From Ancalomicrobiaceae bacterium (GTDB lineage: Bacteria > Pseudomonadota > Alphaproteobacteria > Rhizobiales > Ancalomicrobiaceae): a stretch of 64,000 bases of DNA. The notes beneath the pieces were generated by a model, which saw only the letters and a list, made by a program, of their open reading frames with translations, ran no database searches and was not told where the DNA came from. The position numbers and the translations under genes were made by a program. Where the stretch lies: assembly GCA_031291595.1 (NCBI GenBank), contig JARLIU010000221.1, positions 12,558 through 76,557 on the forward strand, in the 5' to 3' direction. Shown here piece by piece: positions 1 through 9,900 of the stretch. How positions within the stretch are numbered: position 1 is the stretch's first letter; each line of letters opens with the position of its first letter.

Positions 1-582
<582 letters not shown>

Positions 583-583
583 G

Positions 584-1432
584 TCACTTCTCCGTCTCGG
601 TGAGGCCGCGCACGAAGAGCCGCTGCATGGCGATGACCACGATCACCGGCGGCAGCATGGCAAGAATCGTCGTCGCCATGGCCAGTTGCCATTCGGTCAG
701 GGCATCGGTCACCGTCAGCATCTTCTGGATGCCGATGACGATGGTCTGCATGTCGTCGCGGGTGGTGATCAACAGCGGCCAGAGATACTGGTTCCAGCCA
801 TAGATGAACTGGATGACGAACATCGCGGCAATCGAGGTCATCGACAGCGGCAAGAGGCTGTCGATGAAGAACTTCCATGGACCGGCGCCATCGATCTTGG
901 AGGCCTCGATCAGTTCGTCGGGAACGGTCAGGAAGAACTGCCGGAACAGCAGCGTCGCGGTCGCCGAGGCGATCAGCGGGATGGTCAGGCCGGCATAGGT
1001 GTCGAGCATGTGCAGGTCGGCAACGATCTTGTAGGTTGGATAGATACGCACTTCCACCGGAAGCATCAGCGTCAGAAAGATGACCCAGAAAGCCGTATTG
1101 CGGAAGGGAAACCGAAAGTAGACGATGGCAAATGCCGACAACAGCGAGATGAAGATCTTGCCTATGGCGATGATCATCGCCATGATGAAGGAGTTCATCA
1201 ATGGCACGATCATCGGCTGTTTCGTCGAACGGTCGGTGCCTTCGAACAGCACCTTGGCGTAGTTTTCGATGAGATGCCGATCGGGGATCAGGCTCAATTG
1301 GCCGTTGGAAATGGTGGTGGCGTCGGTCGATGAGGCGACGAAGGCAAGATAGACCGGGAAGGCGATGATCACGACGCCGATAATCAGCACGACGTGCGAG
1401 AAAATGGCGGCGAAGGGACGGTTCTCGACCAT
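584..1432 (-). CDS. ugpE: sn-glycerol-3-phosphate ABC transporter permease UgpE (MalG-type)
   Basis: Lies within ORF 584..1819. Start taken at [11 protein letters not shown] (cat 1430-1432), which overlaps the ugpA stop as ATGA. Polytopic membrane text with EAA-loop motif [20 protein letters not shown]. Confidence 0.85.
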   Translation of the reverse strand: MVENRPFAAIFSHVVLIIGVVIIAFPVYLAFVASSTDATTISNGQLSLIPDRHLIENYAKVLFEGTDRSTKQPMIVPLMNSFIMAMIIAIGKIFISLLSAFAIVYFRFPFRNTAFWVIFLTLMLPVEVRIYPTYKIVADLHMLDTYAGLTIPLIASATATLLFRQFFLTVPDELIEASKIDGAGPWKFFIDSLLPLSMTSIAAMFVIQFIYGWNQYLWPLLITTRDDMQTIVIGIQKMLTVTDALTEWQLAMATTILAMLPPVIVVIAMQRLFVRGLTETEK

Positions 1433-2313
1433 CAGTAGGTCACCTTGCGCTCGATGAAGCGGAACTGCAGGGCCGTCAGCCCAATGACGATCAGCATCAG
1501 GATGACGGACTCGGCGGCCGAAGTACCAAGGTCGCCGCCGGCCTGGCCATCGGAGAACACCTTGTAGACCAGCGTCGTCGTCGCGCCGGCCGGGCCGCCG
1601 CGGGTTACCGTATGGATGATGCCGAACGTATCGAAAAAGACGTAGACGATATTGACGGTCAAAAGATAGAACGCGGTCGGCGACAGCATGGGAAACACGA
1701 TCGACCAGAAACGCCGCGTCGGGCCGGCGCCGTCGATGGCCGCAGCCTCGATCAGCGACTTCGGAATCGACTGCAGCCCGGCGAGAAAGAACAGGAAATT
1801 GTAGCTGATCTGCTTCCACACCGCCGCCGCCGTGACGAGGGCAAAGGCGTCGCCCGAATTGAGATAGGGGTTCCAGTTAAAGCCGGCTGCATTCAGCATC
1901 TTGCCGAACACGCCGAGCGACGGTTGGAACATGAACAGCCACAAGACGCCGGCGACCGCCGGGGCGACCGCATAGGGCCAGATCAGCAGCGTCTTGTAGA
2001 TGCCGGCGCCCTTGAGGCTCTTGTCGGCCTCGACCGCCAGGATCAGCGCGAAGCTCAGCGACAGGACGGTGACCACGGTTGAAAACAGCGCGGTGACGCC
2101 CAAAGCACTGTAATAGGCGGGATCGGAAAACAGTGACCGATAGTTCTCGAACCAGACGAACTCGGTGGAAATGCCGAAGGCATCCTGGATCAGGAACGAC
2201 TGATACACCGCCTGGCCGGCTGGCCAATAGAAGAAAACGATGGTCACCAGGAGTTGCGGCGCCAGAAGCGCATAGGGCAGCAGCTTATGGGAGAAGACCG
2301 TTCGTTTTTCCAT
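1432..2313 (-). CDS. ugpA: sn-glycerol-3-phosphate ABC transporter permease UgpA (MalF-type)
   Basis: Lies within ORF 1432..2385. Start taken at MEKRTVFSHKLLPYALLAPQ (cat 2311-2313), with GGGAG about 6 nt upstream. EAA-loop motif EAAAIDGAGPTRRFWSIVFPML. Confidence 0.85.
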   Translation of the reverse strand: MEKRTVFSHKLLPYALLAPQLLVTIVFFYWPAGQAVYQSFLIQDAFGISTEFVWFENYRSLFSDPAYYSALGVTALFSTVVTVLSLSFALILAVEADKSLKGAGIYKTLLIWPYAVAPAVAGVLWLFMFQPSLGVFGKMLNAAGFNWNPYLNSGDAFALVTAAAVWKQISYNFLFFLAGLQSIPKSLIEAAAIDGAGPTRRFWSIVFPMLSPTAFYLLTVNIVYVFFDTFGIIHTVTRGGPAGATTTLVYKVFSDGQAGGDLGTSAAESVILMLIVIGLTALQFRFIERKVTY

Positions 2314-2390
2314 CGGACTCCCAGAGGCGGCAAGAGGCGATTTCGTGAAGGGAGGGGGCTTGGTCTCAGGCCGACAGGAGACCACCGGTT

Positions 2391-2504
2391 ACCCCTCTCC
2401 CGCCCTGTCGGGCACCCTCCCCCACAAGGGGGGAGGGGCTAGGTGGCACGATTTTAGTCCGGGGGTCCCCTCTCCCCTTGTGGGAGAGGGACAGGGAGAG
2501 GGGT
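2391..2504. repeat. GC-rich palindromic intergenic repeat (REP/RIME-like), copy 1, between ugpB and ugpA
   Basis: Left unit acccctctcccgccctgtcgggcaccctcccccacaaggggggagggg is shared almost verbatim with 40811-40858 and 42733-42780. The right end acagggagaggggt is the inverted complement of the left end. Each unit contains a local hairpin (ccctcccc / ggggaggg). Confidence 0.85.
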
Positions 2505-2594
2505 GAGCCAAGAACTCCGCATTGACGACAGGCGATGAATTCCGGCTTTCGGTCGGTCGACAAGAGGCGATTGCCCTGGACCTTCCAGTCAGCC

Positions 2595-3908
2595 TTACTT
2601 CACCGTGCGCTCGAACTGGCGTAGCATCACGTTGCCACGCTCGACGGCTGCATCAAGCGCAGCCTGAGCCGTCTTCTTGCCGGTCAGCGCCAGCTCGATC
2701 TCCTCGGCCCACACGTTGCGGATCTGAGCAAGACCACCGAGGCGCAGGCCGCGCGAGTTCTCGGTCGGAGCCTTGTTGGTGATCTCCTTGATCGCCACTT
2801 CGGCGGCCGGGACCTTGTCGAAGAAGCCCTGCTGCTTGGACAGCTCATAGGCGGCCGGCGTGATCGGCAGATAGCCGGTCTGCTGGCTCCACCACGCCTG
2901 CACCTCGGGCTTCGACAGATAGGTCAGGAACTTGGCGATGCCCTTGTATTCCTCGGCCGACTTGCCCCCCATCACCCACAGCGACGCGCCGCCGATGATC
3001 GAGTTCTGCGGCGCGCCCGCCACATCCGGATAGTAGGGCATCGGCGCGGCGGTGTAGTCGAACTTGGCGTTGGCCTTGACATCGCCGTAGAAGGCCGAAG
3101 ACGTCAGGAACAGCGCGCATTCGCCCGAGGTGAAGCGGCCTTCGCCCTCGCTGGTGCGGCCGGAATAGTCGAACACCTTGTCCTTCTGGGCTTCGACGAG
3201 GTTCTCGAAATGCTTGACGAGCGGGGCGTTTTTGTTGAACACCAGCTCGGTGTCGAAGCCGTCGAGGCCGTTGGCCTTGGTCGATAGCGGCAGATTGTGC
3301 CAGGCGTTGAAGTTTTCGATGTTCACCCAGGTGATCCAGCCGGACGAGAAGCCGCACTTCTCATTGCCGGCGGCGCGCAGCTTCTTGCCCGCTGCGAAGA
3401 CGTCCGGCCAGGTGGCGGGGATCTTGTCGATGCCGGCCTTCTTCAATGCGTCGTTGTTCACCCACATCACGACGGTCGAGGAATTGAACGGGAACGACAG
3501 CATCTCGCCCTTGGACGTCGAATAGTATCCGGTGATGGCCGGCAGGTAGGCCTTGGCATCGAACGGTTCGCCGGCGTCCTGCATCAGCTGGTACACCGGC
3601 TTGATGGCGCCCTTGGCCGCCATCATCGTCGCGGTGCCGACCTCGAACACCTGCAGGATGTCCGGCGCCGAACCGGCGCGGAACGCGGCGATGCCGGCAT
3701 TCATGGTGTCGGCATAGGTGCCCTTGAAGGTCGGAATGACCTTGTAGTCGCTCTGCGACGCGTTGAAGTCGTTGGCGATCTTGACGATACGGTCGCCGTT
3801 GGCGCCCGCCATCGCATGCCACCACTGGATCTGGACTTCGGCCTGAGCGGTGGCGGTGTGGGCGGCAACAATGAGCGACGCCGCGAGCGCGGCTTTGATC
3901 GGATGCAT
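2595..3908 (-). CDS. ugpB: sn-glycerol-3-phosphate ABC transporter periplasmic binding protein UgpB
   Basis: Lies within ORF 2595..4037. Start at MHPIKAALAASLIVAAHTATAQA (signal peptide) with a GGGAGG RBS. The text QWWHAMAGANGDRIVKIANDFNASQSDYKVIPTFKGTYADTMNAGIAAFRAGSAPDILQVFEVGTATMMAAKGAIKPVY closely parallels E. coli UgpB as I remember it. Confidence 0.9.
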   Translation of the reverse strand: MHPIKAALAASLIVAAHTATAQAEVQIQWWHAMAGANGDRIVKIANDFNASQSDYKVIPTFKGTYADTMNAGIAAFRAGSAPDILQVFEVGTATMMAAKGAIKPVYQLMQDAGEPFDAKAYLPAITGYYSTSKGEMLSFPFNSSTVVMWVNNDALKKAGIDKIPATWPDVFAAGKKLRAAGNEKCGFSSGWITWVNIENFNAWHNLPLSTKANGLDGFDTELVFNKNAPLVKHFENLVEAQKDKVFDYSGRTSEGEGRFTSGECALFLTSSAFYGDVKANAKFDYTAAPMPYYPDVAGAPQNSIIGGASLWVMGGKSAEEYKGIAKFLTYLSKPEVQAWWSQQTGYLPITPAAYELSKQQGFFDKVPAAEVAIKEITNKAPTENSRGLRLGGLAQIRNVWAEEIELALTGKKTAQAALDAAVERGNVMLRQFERTVK

Positions 3909-4134
3909 GGCGGGACCTCCCGTGGGTGCCAAATCGGGACGCGGAACGCTCCGCCCCGGCCGGCATCCTCTTGTTATGGCAGCCGAGATTAGTTGCCGCC
4001 GAAAGGATGTCAAACGGGCCGGAGACGCACCGGGCAAGGGATTGGTGCGGCTTTCCTATGGCGCTTGGATAGAGGATTTATGACGGTCGCCGCGATCTGG
4101 CCGGGAGGTTGCGTGCGGCGGCCGAATCGGCGCC

Positions 4135-4674
4135 TCAGCTGTCGGACGGCTCGTCGTCGAAACAGGCGTAGTCGCCGCGCCAATAGAGCAAGGCGCCGGC
4201 TTGCCCGTCGCTCGCCACCGCCTTGACGCGGCCGATGAGGAGAGCGTGCGAATGGCGTTCGATCACCTCTTCCAGTTCGGCATCGATCACGGCGAGCGCG
4301 CCGACCAGCACCGGTGCGCCGGTGACGAGGCTGGCCCAGTCCGAACCCTGAAAGCGGGCGGCGCCACGCAAACCGTCACGTCCGGCAAACCGGTCGGCAA
4401 GCGGCTGCTGGCCGGCGTTCAGCACGTTGACGGCGAAATGCCGATAGGCGCGGATCGCCGGCAGCGCCGAGGATCTCAGGTTGACGGCGACCAGAACCGC
4501 CGGCGGTTCCGCCGAAAACGAGGTGACGGAAGTGGCGGTCAGCCCGCTGCGGTCGTCGCCGCGCCCGGCCGTGACCACGCTGACGGCGCCAGCCAATTGG
4601 CGCAGCGTCGTGCGAAACTCCTCCGGCTCCACATCGGCGGCCGAGGTCGGGCGGTCGAGCGCATTCATCATCAT
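4135..4674 (-). CDS. flavin reductase family protein (FMN-binding split-barrel, HpaC/NADH:flavin oxidoreductase-like)
   Basis: ORF 4135..4731. Text EEFRTTLRQLAGAVSVVTAGRGDDRSGLTATSVTSFSAEPPAVLVAVNLRSSALPAIRAYRHFAVNVLNAGQQPLADRFAG fits the flavin reductase domain pattern. The start is ambiguous (MMMNALD at 4674 or the upstream ATG at 4731). Confidence 0.7.
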   Translation of the reverse strand: MMMNALDRPTSAADVEPEEFRTTLRQLAGAVSVVTAGRGDDRSGLTATSVTSFSAEPPAVLVAVNLRSSALPAIRAYRHFAVNVLNAGQQPLADRFAGRDGLRGAARFQGSDWASLVTGAPVLVGALAVIDAELEEVIERHSHALLIGRVKAVASDGQAGALLYWRGDYACFDDEPSDS

Positions 4675-4867
4675 CGGTCCAAGCGGGCGGCCCAAAGCGG
4701 CGGCATCGTTCGCGCCGACATCGTCGCGCAAGCGACGGCAGGCGGCAATCGCCGAGCTATATGTCGCGCTCGGTGACTAATTCGACAAGAGATGCTTTCG
4801 TCGCCGCAGCGTTTCTGTGCGGACGAGCCGTGGCCGGAGGTGCGCGACTGTCGCCTTCAGCGAAAAT

Positions 4868-4914
4868 TGGTGGGCCCGGCCGGACTCGAACCAGCAACCA
4901 GACCGTTATGAGCG
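4868..4914 (-). repeat. orphan 3' half of tRNA(CAU) gene; distal att site of the island
   Basis: The 47 nt tggtgggcccggccggactcgaaccagcaaccagaccgttatgagcg are identical to 19046-19092. They run from the CCA end back through the anticodon loop. The sequence diverges immediately beyond 4914. Confidence 0.9.
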
Positions 4915-5105
4915 CGCTTCCTTTTGACAAAAGGCGCGGAAAACTGCCGATTTCATGATGCTGCGTTGGCGCTCGTTCTCGATTGGTCCACCGGTTTCAT
5001 TGGAGATCTGTTGGAGATCGAAACGATAGATAGTCAGTCGACCGATTCAGAACAGAACAAGAAAGTGCCATTCTACTCCGATTTGAATATGTGCATCATA
5101 TCCAT

Positions 5106-5142
5106 GAAAACGAAAAAGAGCCGCTCCGGACGAACCGGAGCG
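5106..5142 (-). terminator. Rho-independent terminator closing the island's minus-strand late operon
   Basis: On the minus strand: stem CGCTCCGG / CCGGAGCG (5135-5142 pairs with 5122-5129), 5-nt loop, then CTCTTTTTCGTTTTC. It lies 51 nt after the stop of the 79-aa gene. Confidence 0.7.
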
Positions 5143-5192
5143 ACAGCGCCATTGCGGGGTGGCGGAGTTTGAAAGCTGGGCGGCCTACCTCA

Positions 5193-5432
5193 TCATCCCT
5201 TGATCAGCGTTTTCAAGGCAACGATCGCCGCGCCGATGCTGGCGAGCAAAGCGATCATCCTCACCAGCATGTTAGCGCCGCCGGTTGCCTGATTGAACTT
5301 GGCCGCCATGCTGTCGACCGTGGCGCCGACCTTGGCAATCATGGTCTTCAGTTCTTCGCGGGCGAGGACGTCTTCCTCACGCTTTGCCTCAAGCGCAGCG
5401 ACGCGCTCGTAGATTTCAATGTCGTCGCTCAT
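5193..5432 (-). CDS. small tail-anchored membrane protein (79 aa), last gene of the lysis region; function unknown
   Basis: MSDDIEIYERVAALEAKREEDVLAREELK... (coiled-coil-like) followed by one C-terminal TM segment MLVRMIALLASIGAAIVALKTLI. The start overlaps the upstream stop as ATGA. Confidence 0.6.
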   Translation of the reverse strand: MSDDIEIYERVAALEAKREEDVLAREELKTMIAKVGATVDSMAAKFNQATGGANMLVRMIALLASIGAAIVALKTLIKG

Positions 5433-5710
5433 TTCTGCCCCCTGGCAAGCTGTTCATACCAGGCGCGCGACTGCGTCAGGCGCCCGTTGGCGGTCACGAG
5501 TGCCGCCCGGTGCCGGGCGAGCGATAAGCGCACATCGTCCCCTGAAATCACATCAGGGACAGCCACTGGCGCCATGTAGGCCGGCGCCGGCGGATAGGTC
5601 GGGGCTGCGATGACCGGATCAACGGAGGGAGCGCAGCCGCTTGACGTCATCAGCACCAAGACGGCAAGAATCGCCGGCAGCGGCCGGCACATGCGAGAGC
5701 TGGTCGGCAT
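5429..5710 (-). CDS. putative outer-membrane spanin lipoprotein (Rz1-like o-spanin)
   Basis: Signal peptide plus lipobox-like LVLMTSSGC, then Pro-rich APSVDPVIAAPTYPPAPAYMAPVAVPD. The 5' part overlaps the 3' end of the i-spanin gene in another frame. The start could be the second ATG (5692). Confidence 0.6.
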   Translation of the reverse strand: MPTSSRMCRPLPAILAVLVLMTSSGCAPSVDPVIAAPTYPPAPAYMAPVAVPDVISGDDVRLSLARHRAALVTANGRLTQSRAWYEQLARGQK

Positions 5711-5978
5711 AGACCGTCACCTGTTGGGAAAGAGCCTCGTTCGCTTGCCCGAGCTGTGCGGCGCGGACCTGCGCATCGGATTGGGCCGCGGTGGCGCGGG
5801 CGATCGTTGCTTGCGCGACGGCGAGCTGTTGGGCGATCTCGCGCGCCCTGCACGCGCCGGGCGCAGCGTTGAAGCCGGCAACATAGGTGCCGACGAGAAG
5901 GGCGACGGCCGCTAGCGCGCCGGCCGCGATCCGCCAATTGACCTGTCCGAGGAGGGCGGCCCCGATTGCTGTCAGCAT
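5619..5978 (-). CDS. putative inner-membrane spanin (Rz-like i-spanin)
   Basis: Lies within ORF 5619..6011. Start at MLTAIGAALLG (5978) overlaps the upstream stop (TGATG). N-terminal TM segment, then Ala/Gln-rich coiled-coil text AREIAQQLAVAQATIARATAAQSDAQVRAAQLGQANEALSQQV. Confidence 0.6.
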   Translation of the reverse strand: MLTAIGAALLGQVNWRIAAGALAAVALLVGTYVAGFNAAPGACRAREIAQQLAVAQATIARATAAQSDAQVRAAQLGQANEALSQQVTVYADQLSHVPAAAGDSCRLGADDVKRLRSLR

Positions 5979-6319
5979 CAGTCGCCTCCAAATCCGTAGT
6001 CGGCTGGCCAATCCGGGAGGTCCACAGTCTGACCGGCCAGACCGTGAGCGCTGTCAGATAGAAATTCGATGCGCCCATCGCGCACGAACGAATGACACAG
6101 CGTTTTTTGCGGGTGGTGGTTGCCGTTTCTGTCAATCCGCTCGGGCAAGAACACGAGAACCGATGGCGAAAACGTCGGCTTCTCGGCATTGCCGTTGAAC
6201 GACCACCGCGGACTAGGGCCATCGCCAATCCGCATCATGTGACCTTCGTCGCAGCCAGGGCAGAAGAACGCGACATATCCGCCCTCTGCCGTGCGGAGTT
6301 TTAGGCCGAGCGCCGCCAT
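5978..6319 (-). CDS. small Cys/His-containing phage protein, DUF6527-like (113 aa)
   Basis: The C-terminal part of ORF 5978..6685 starting at MAALGLKLRTAEGGYVAFFCPGCDEGHMMRIGDGPSPRWSFNGNAEKPTFSPSVLV...CHSFVRDGRIEFLSDSAHGLAGQTVDLP. As I recall, this text pattern belongs to a family often mis-annotated as ammonia monooxygenase. The upstream part of the ORF is Arg-rich shadow text. Confidence 0.6.
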   Translation of the reverse strand: MAALGLKLRTAEGGYVAFFCPGCDEGHMMRIGDGPSPRWSFNGNAEKPTFSPSVLVFLPERIDRNGNHHPQKTLCHSFVRDGRIEFLSDSAHGLAGQTVDLPDWPADYGFGGD

Positions 6320-6321
6320 GG

Positions 6322-6933
6322 TCAGCCCTCCACCGGCGCCGTCGCCGTGCCATTGGCGAGCGCGGCGTGCTGCGCGTGCGTGTAGCCGGCATAGAGCGCC
6401 AGCAAGCCGCCGGCGACGGCGAGCACCGTGCAGACGGTGCCGACTGCCGGCCAGATCGACACGAGCGGCTGCAGCTGCGTCGATAGTTGCGTCGCCACCT
6501 GACCGGCGTCGCCGACATGACTGCCGATTGCCGCAATGCCGAGTCCGACGGTGCCGACGAGCGTCATGCCGTTGGCATGAGCCGGTTTCAGAGCCGGCGC
6601 CGGCATATCGGCGACCCGCGCGCGCGGAGCCGCGACCGTGCCTGCGTCCGGATGAGGATCCGGGCCGACGCTGCCAGAAGCCCACGCCTGCGATACGGCG
6701 AGGATGTCCTTGTTCCGATTCGTCCAGCCGCCGAGGAACTTCCGCGACGTCGGCTTGTGCTCGGCGATGCCCTCGTATAGGCCCTGCCGCATTTCGGCGA
6801 TCCGGCCGACGAGCGCATCGTCGTCATTGACCTTGGCGAGTGCGGCAAAGGTACGCGGCCCGAAGTCACCGTCGATTGCGCCAGTGTAAAGCGACCCAAG
6901 TGCACGCTGCACGAAGAGCGCCGACTGATGCAC
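6322..6933 (-). pseudogene. remnant of a GH108-type phage lysozyme: PG_binding_3-like segment plus two C-terminal TM helices, with the catalytic N-domain missing
   Basis: Frame of ORF 6322..7392. Only the last ~205 codons look protein-like: SGNNGVHQSALFVQRALGSLYTGAIDGDFGPRTFAALAKV...RKFLGGWTNRNKD, then TM text MTLVGTVGLGIAAIG and IWPAVGTVCTVLAVAGGLLALYAGY. No EGG(Y/W)...DPGG catalytic motif is present anywhere upstream. The only possible start is GTG 6933, which has no SD. Confidence 0.5.
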
Positions 6934-9900
6934 GCCATTGTTGCCGGAAGCGCGCGGACCCCTTTGACGTCGGACACGCTGAACGGACGAAGGCCTATCC
7001 CCGAGAACGTCTGCGTCGCCTGCGAATAGGCCCCGTTGGTCTGGCTGTAGCCTGCCGGGCCGTAGCGCAACGTCTGCGGCAAGCCGCGCTGATCGATCGA
7101 CATGCTCAGAGGCACAAGCGACGATCCCGAGAGGAACACAACGCGCGAGCCTGACGGGACAGGCGAACCCATGCCGGCCTCTGTGCCGTTTTGAGCGCGA
7201 AGAAGCCGCGACAGCTTGTACTTGTTGGTGGCGAGCAGCTCGGCGTTGGCGAACTGCAGGATTTCCCATTGCCCACTCGTCGGGTTCTTGATCGCGAGGC
7301 CGTTGGATCCATTCAAAACCGCGAGATCGCTTCGAGAGATGAGACCGGCCGAGCTGTAGAACTGAACGTAGATGTCGTTGACGATGTCCCACCGCGAGCG
7401 CGGACCAGAGTAGAAGTCGGCGACAAGTTCGCCCATGACGGCCGGGGCAGAGACGCTTTGCAGGTAGTCAAACGATCCATCTGTCCCGCGGTAGATATCG
7501 ACGCCGCTCCATGGCGAGGCGTAGGCGGCGACGAGCGGCGACCACGGCGACGTCTCGGTACCGGTGAAGACGGGAAGGTCCATGAATTCGATGATCGGCG
7601 CGCCGAGCGTTACCGCTGCCGCGATCGCGGAGCGGCCTTGCGGCGCCAGGCCAACGGAGAGAAGCGACGGGTCGAAGCCCTGAATTTCGATCGTACGGAA
7701 GACACCTGTCGTCGCTGTCTTGGCGCGGTAGGTTCTGGCGACGTTGGCGAGCGTGATGGTCAGGCAATCGCCGGGATCGACGGCAAGCAGCGACGGAGGT
7801 AGCTTGAGTTGGCCGGTTTCGCGTGCTGCCCAAACCTGCTGTAGAAGCGATTGCGCAATGCCGGCGGCGTAGGTCTGGTCAAGAACCGCCGCAGAAGTCA
7901 AAGTCGAGACGTTCTGACTGTTGCCAACCGTCTTGCGATATTCAACCTCGCCCAATGAATAGTTGCGGTATGGATCGACGAAGGCGAGCTTCAGGGCGCC
8001 CGGAAGATCAGTTTCCTGAGCCCGGGTCAGCTGATAGCCCACATCCGATTCCGTCTCGAGGACGAGACTGTCAGCGTCGATCGCAACGGTTCGGACGAAC
8101 GCGCGTGATGCGAATTGGATCTTGCCGCCGCTTTCCCATGCATCGAACATGAAAACATCTTGGAGGCCGGCGACCATGTCGCGCGGGCTCATCACACCAT
8201 CGGTCGAATAGCCAGGGCAAAGCGTACCCACGCCGACGAGCTGCGATGTATCGTAGTCGATCAGGCTCGCGGCGCCGCACAGTTCGGCGACAATCCACTT
8301 GATCGGCACCTGTTCGGCGCGTCCGGTGAGCCAATGCCCGAGTTCGTAGTTTGCACCGTCCCGCCACACGCTCGCTCGGCCGGGAAAGTCAGGATAGGGC
8401 CGTGCATCCCATGCCCACGCGAACATGTTGACCGGATCGACCATCTTGATGCCGCTGACCGTCGGCGCGTTGTCTCGCCAGTAGGTCAGCATCGCCTCGA
8501 GATAGGCGCGCTGGATCGCGTCATCCTTCGACCCGCCCGAAAAGTACGGCAGCGACGATTCTGCGCTCTTCGGGTCGTAGAAGACGTTCGGCTGATTGGT
8601 CCCCTTGTCGACGGCGGGACAGCCGAATTCCGTGAACCAAATCGGCTTCGCGGCGGGTGAAAAGCCGGTCGCCGCGGCGTTGCGCACGCCGGCCGGCCGG
8701 CTGTGATGAGCGGTCGCCCACCACGACCGGATGTCCTTCTGCCTCCAAATCCACGGCTCGGAATAAGCGCCATCGGTGATAGGCGTTCGCGTCTGCGCAG
8801 CGCGATCGGCCGAACTCGCGTAGTACCAGGCGAAATATTCTCCCCCCTCGATGTTGGCCTGAAGATAGGCCTTGTCGTAGATCGAGCGCGGACCTGTCGT
8901 ATCGTTGAAATCGATGTTCGGCGCGCCATCACGCCAATCCGAGATTGGCAAGTAATTGTCTATTCCGATGAAGTCTATATGGCTGTCAGACCAAAGCGGG
9001 TCCATGTTGAAGATGACATCGCCGGTTCCGTCGGTTGGCCGATGCGAATGATACTCGGACCAATCGGCGGCATAGCCGACTTTGCAAGACGAACCGAGGA
9101 TACCTTTGACGGTCGCGGCAAGCGTCTTCAGCGCGTCGACGGCCGGATAATCGCCGTCTCCTGCAGATGCGCGGACCGACGTGAGCCCGACCATTTCCGA
9201 GGCGATGATGAAGGCGTCGACGCCGCCAGCCGCCGCGCACAACGATGCGTAGTGCGTCACCATCGCGTTGTAGCTGGCGAAGAACGCCGCAATCTGCGTC
9301 GAAGCGGCCGACGTTTTGTCGACCGTACCTGTATAGCCGGGCGCCGGCGAGCACGTGATCCGTCCGCGCCACGGGAACGCCGATTGCCCCGTCGTCGCGG
9401 CGTTGGCGCTGTAGGGGTTCGGCAGCGCGTTGCCGGGAGGAATATCCATCATCACGAAGGGATAAAAAACGACGCGGAGGCCCCGCCGCTTTAGCTCCGC
9501 GATGGCCTCTGTCACCGACTGATCCGAAGGCGTGCCGCCGAGCGCGGCGACGGTTGAACCGCTCGATGAGACCGATCCGCCGAGGCCGGTCGGGTCCAAC
9601 GTCGACGGGTCAACTTGTGAAACCAGATGGGCCGAAGAGCGATTGTAGCCCGCCACCGACCAAGAATATGGCGTCGTCGATTTGGTCTGTGTCGTCACGC
9701 CCGGCAGAATTTGGCAAGAGCCGGCCCGAAGATCGGTGCCAAACCACGAGACGACGACCGAAACCGCTGATGGATTTGAGATCGCGCCTGCCGCCGAAAT
9801 GAAATCGCTGCCGTAGGTTCCGGGATCGTGCGTGACTGTCGTTCCGGCCGGCACGACCGACATATCGCCGCCGGCGAGCTGGTCAAGCGAGATCAGGATG

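Noticed and set aside
2444-2459. Sigma54 -24/-12 promoter (TGGCAC) inside repeat copy 1
   Set aside because: TGGCAC is followed by gattt-tagtc. The -12 TTGC element is missing and the site lies within the repeat loop.
6945-6970. Programmed -1 frameshift joining the g15-type protein to the PG-binding segment
   Set aside because: The downstream frame is indeed -1, but the junction (gac gtc aaa ggg gtc cgc) has no X XXY YYZ slippery heptamer and I saw no obvious downstream structure. A deletion scar is more parsimonious.
6934-7392. N-terminal 153 codons of ORF 6322..7392
   Set aside because: Out-of-frame overlap with the g15-type gene. The text is Arg-rich and carries no lysozyme catalytic motif.
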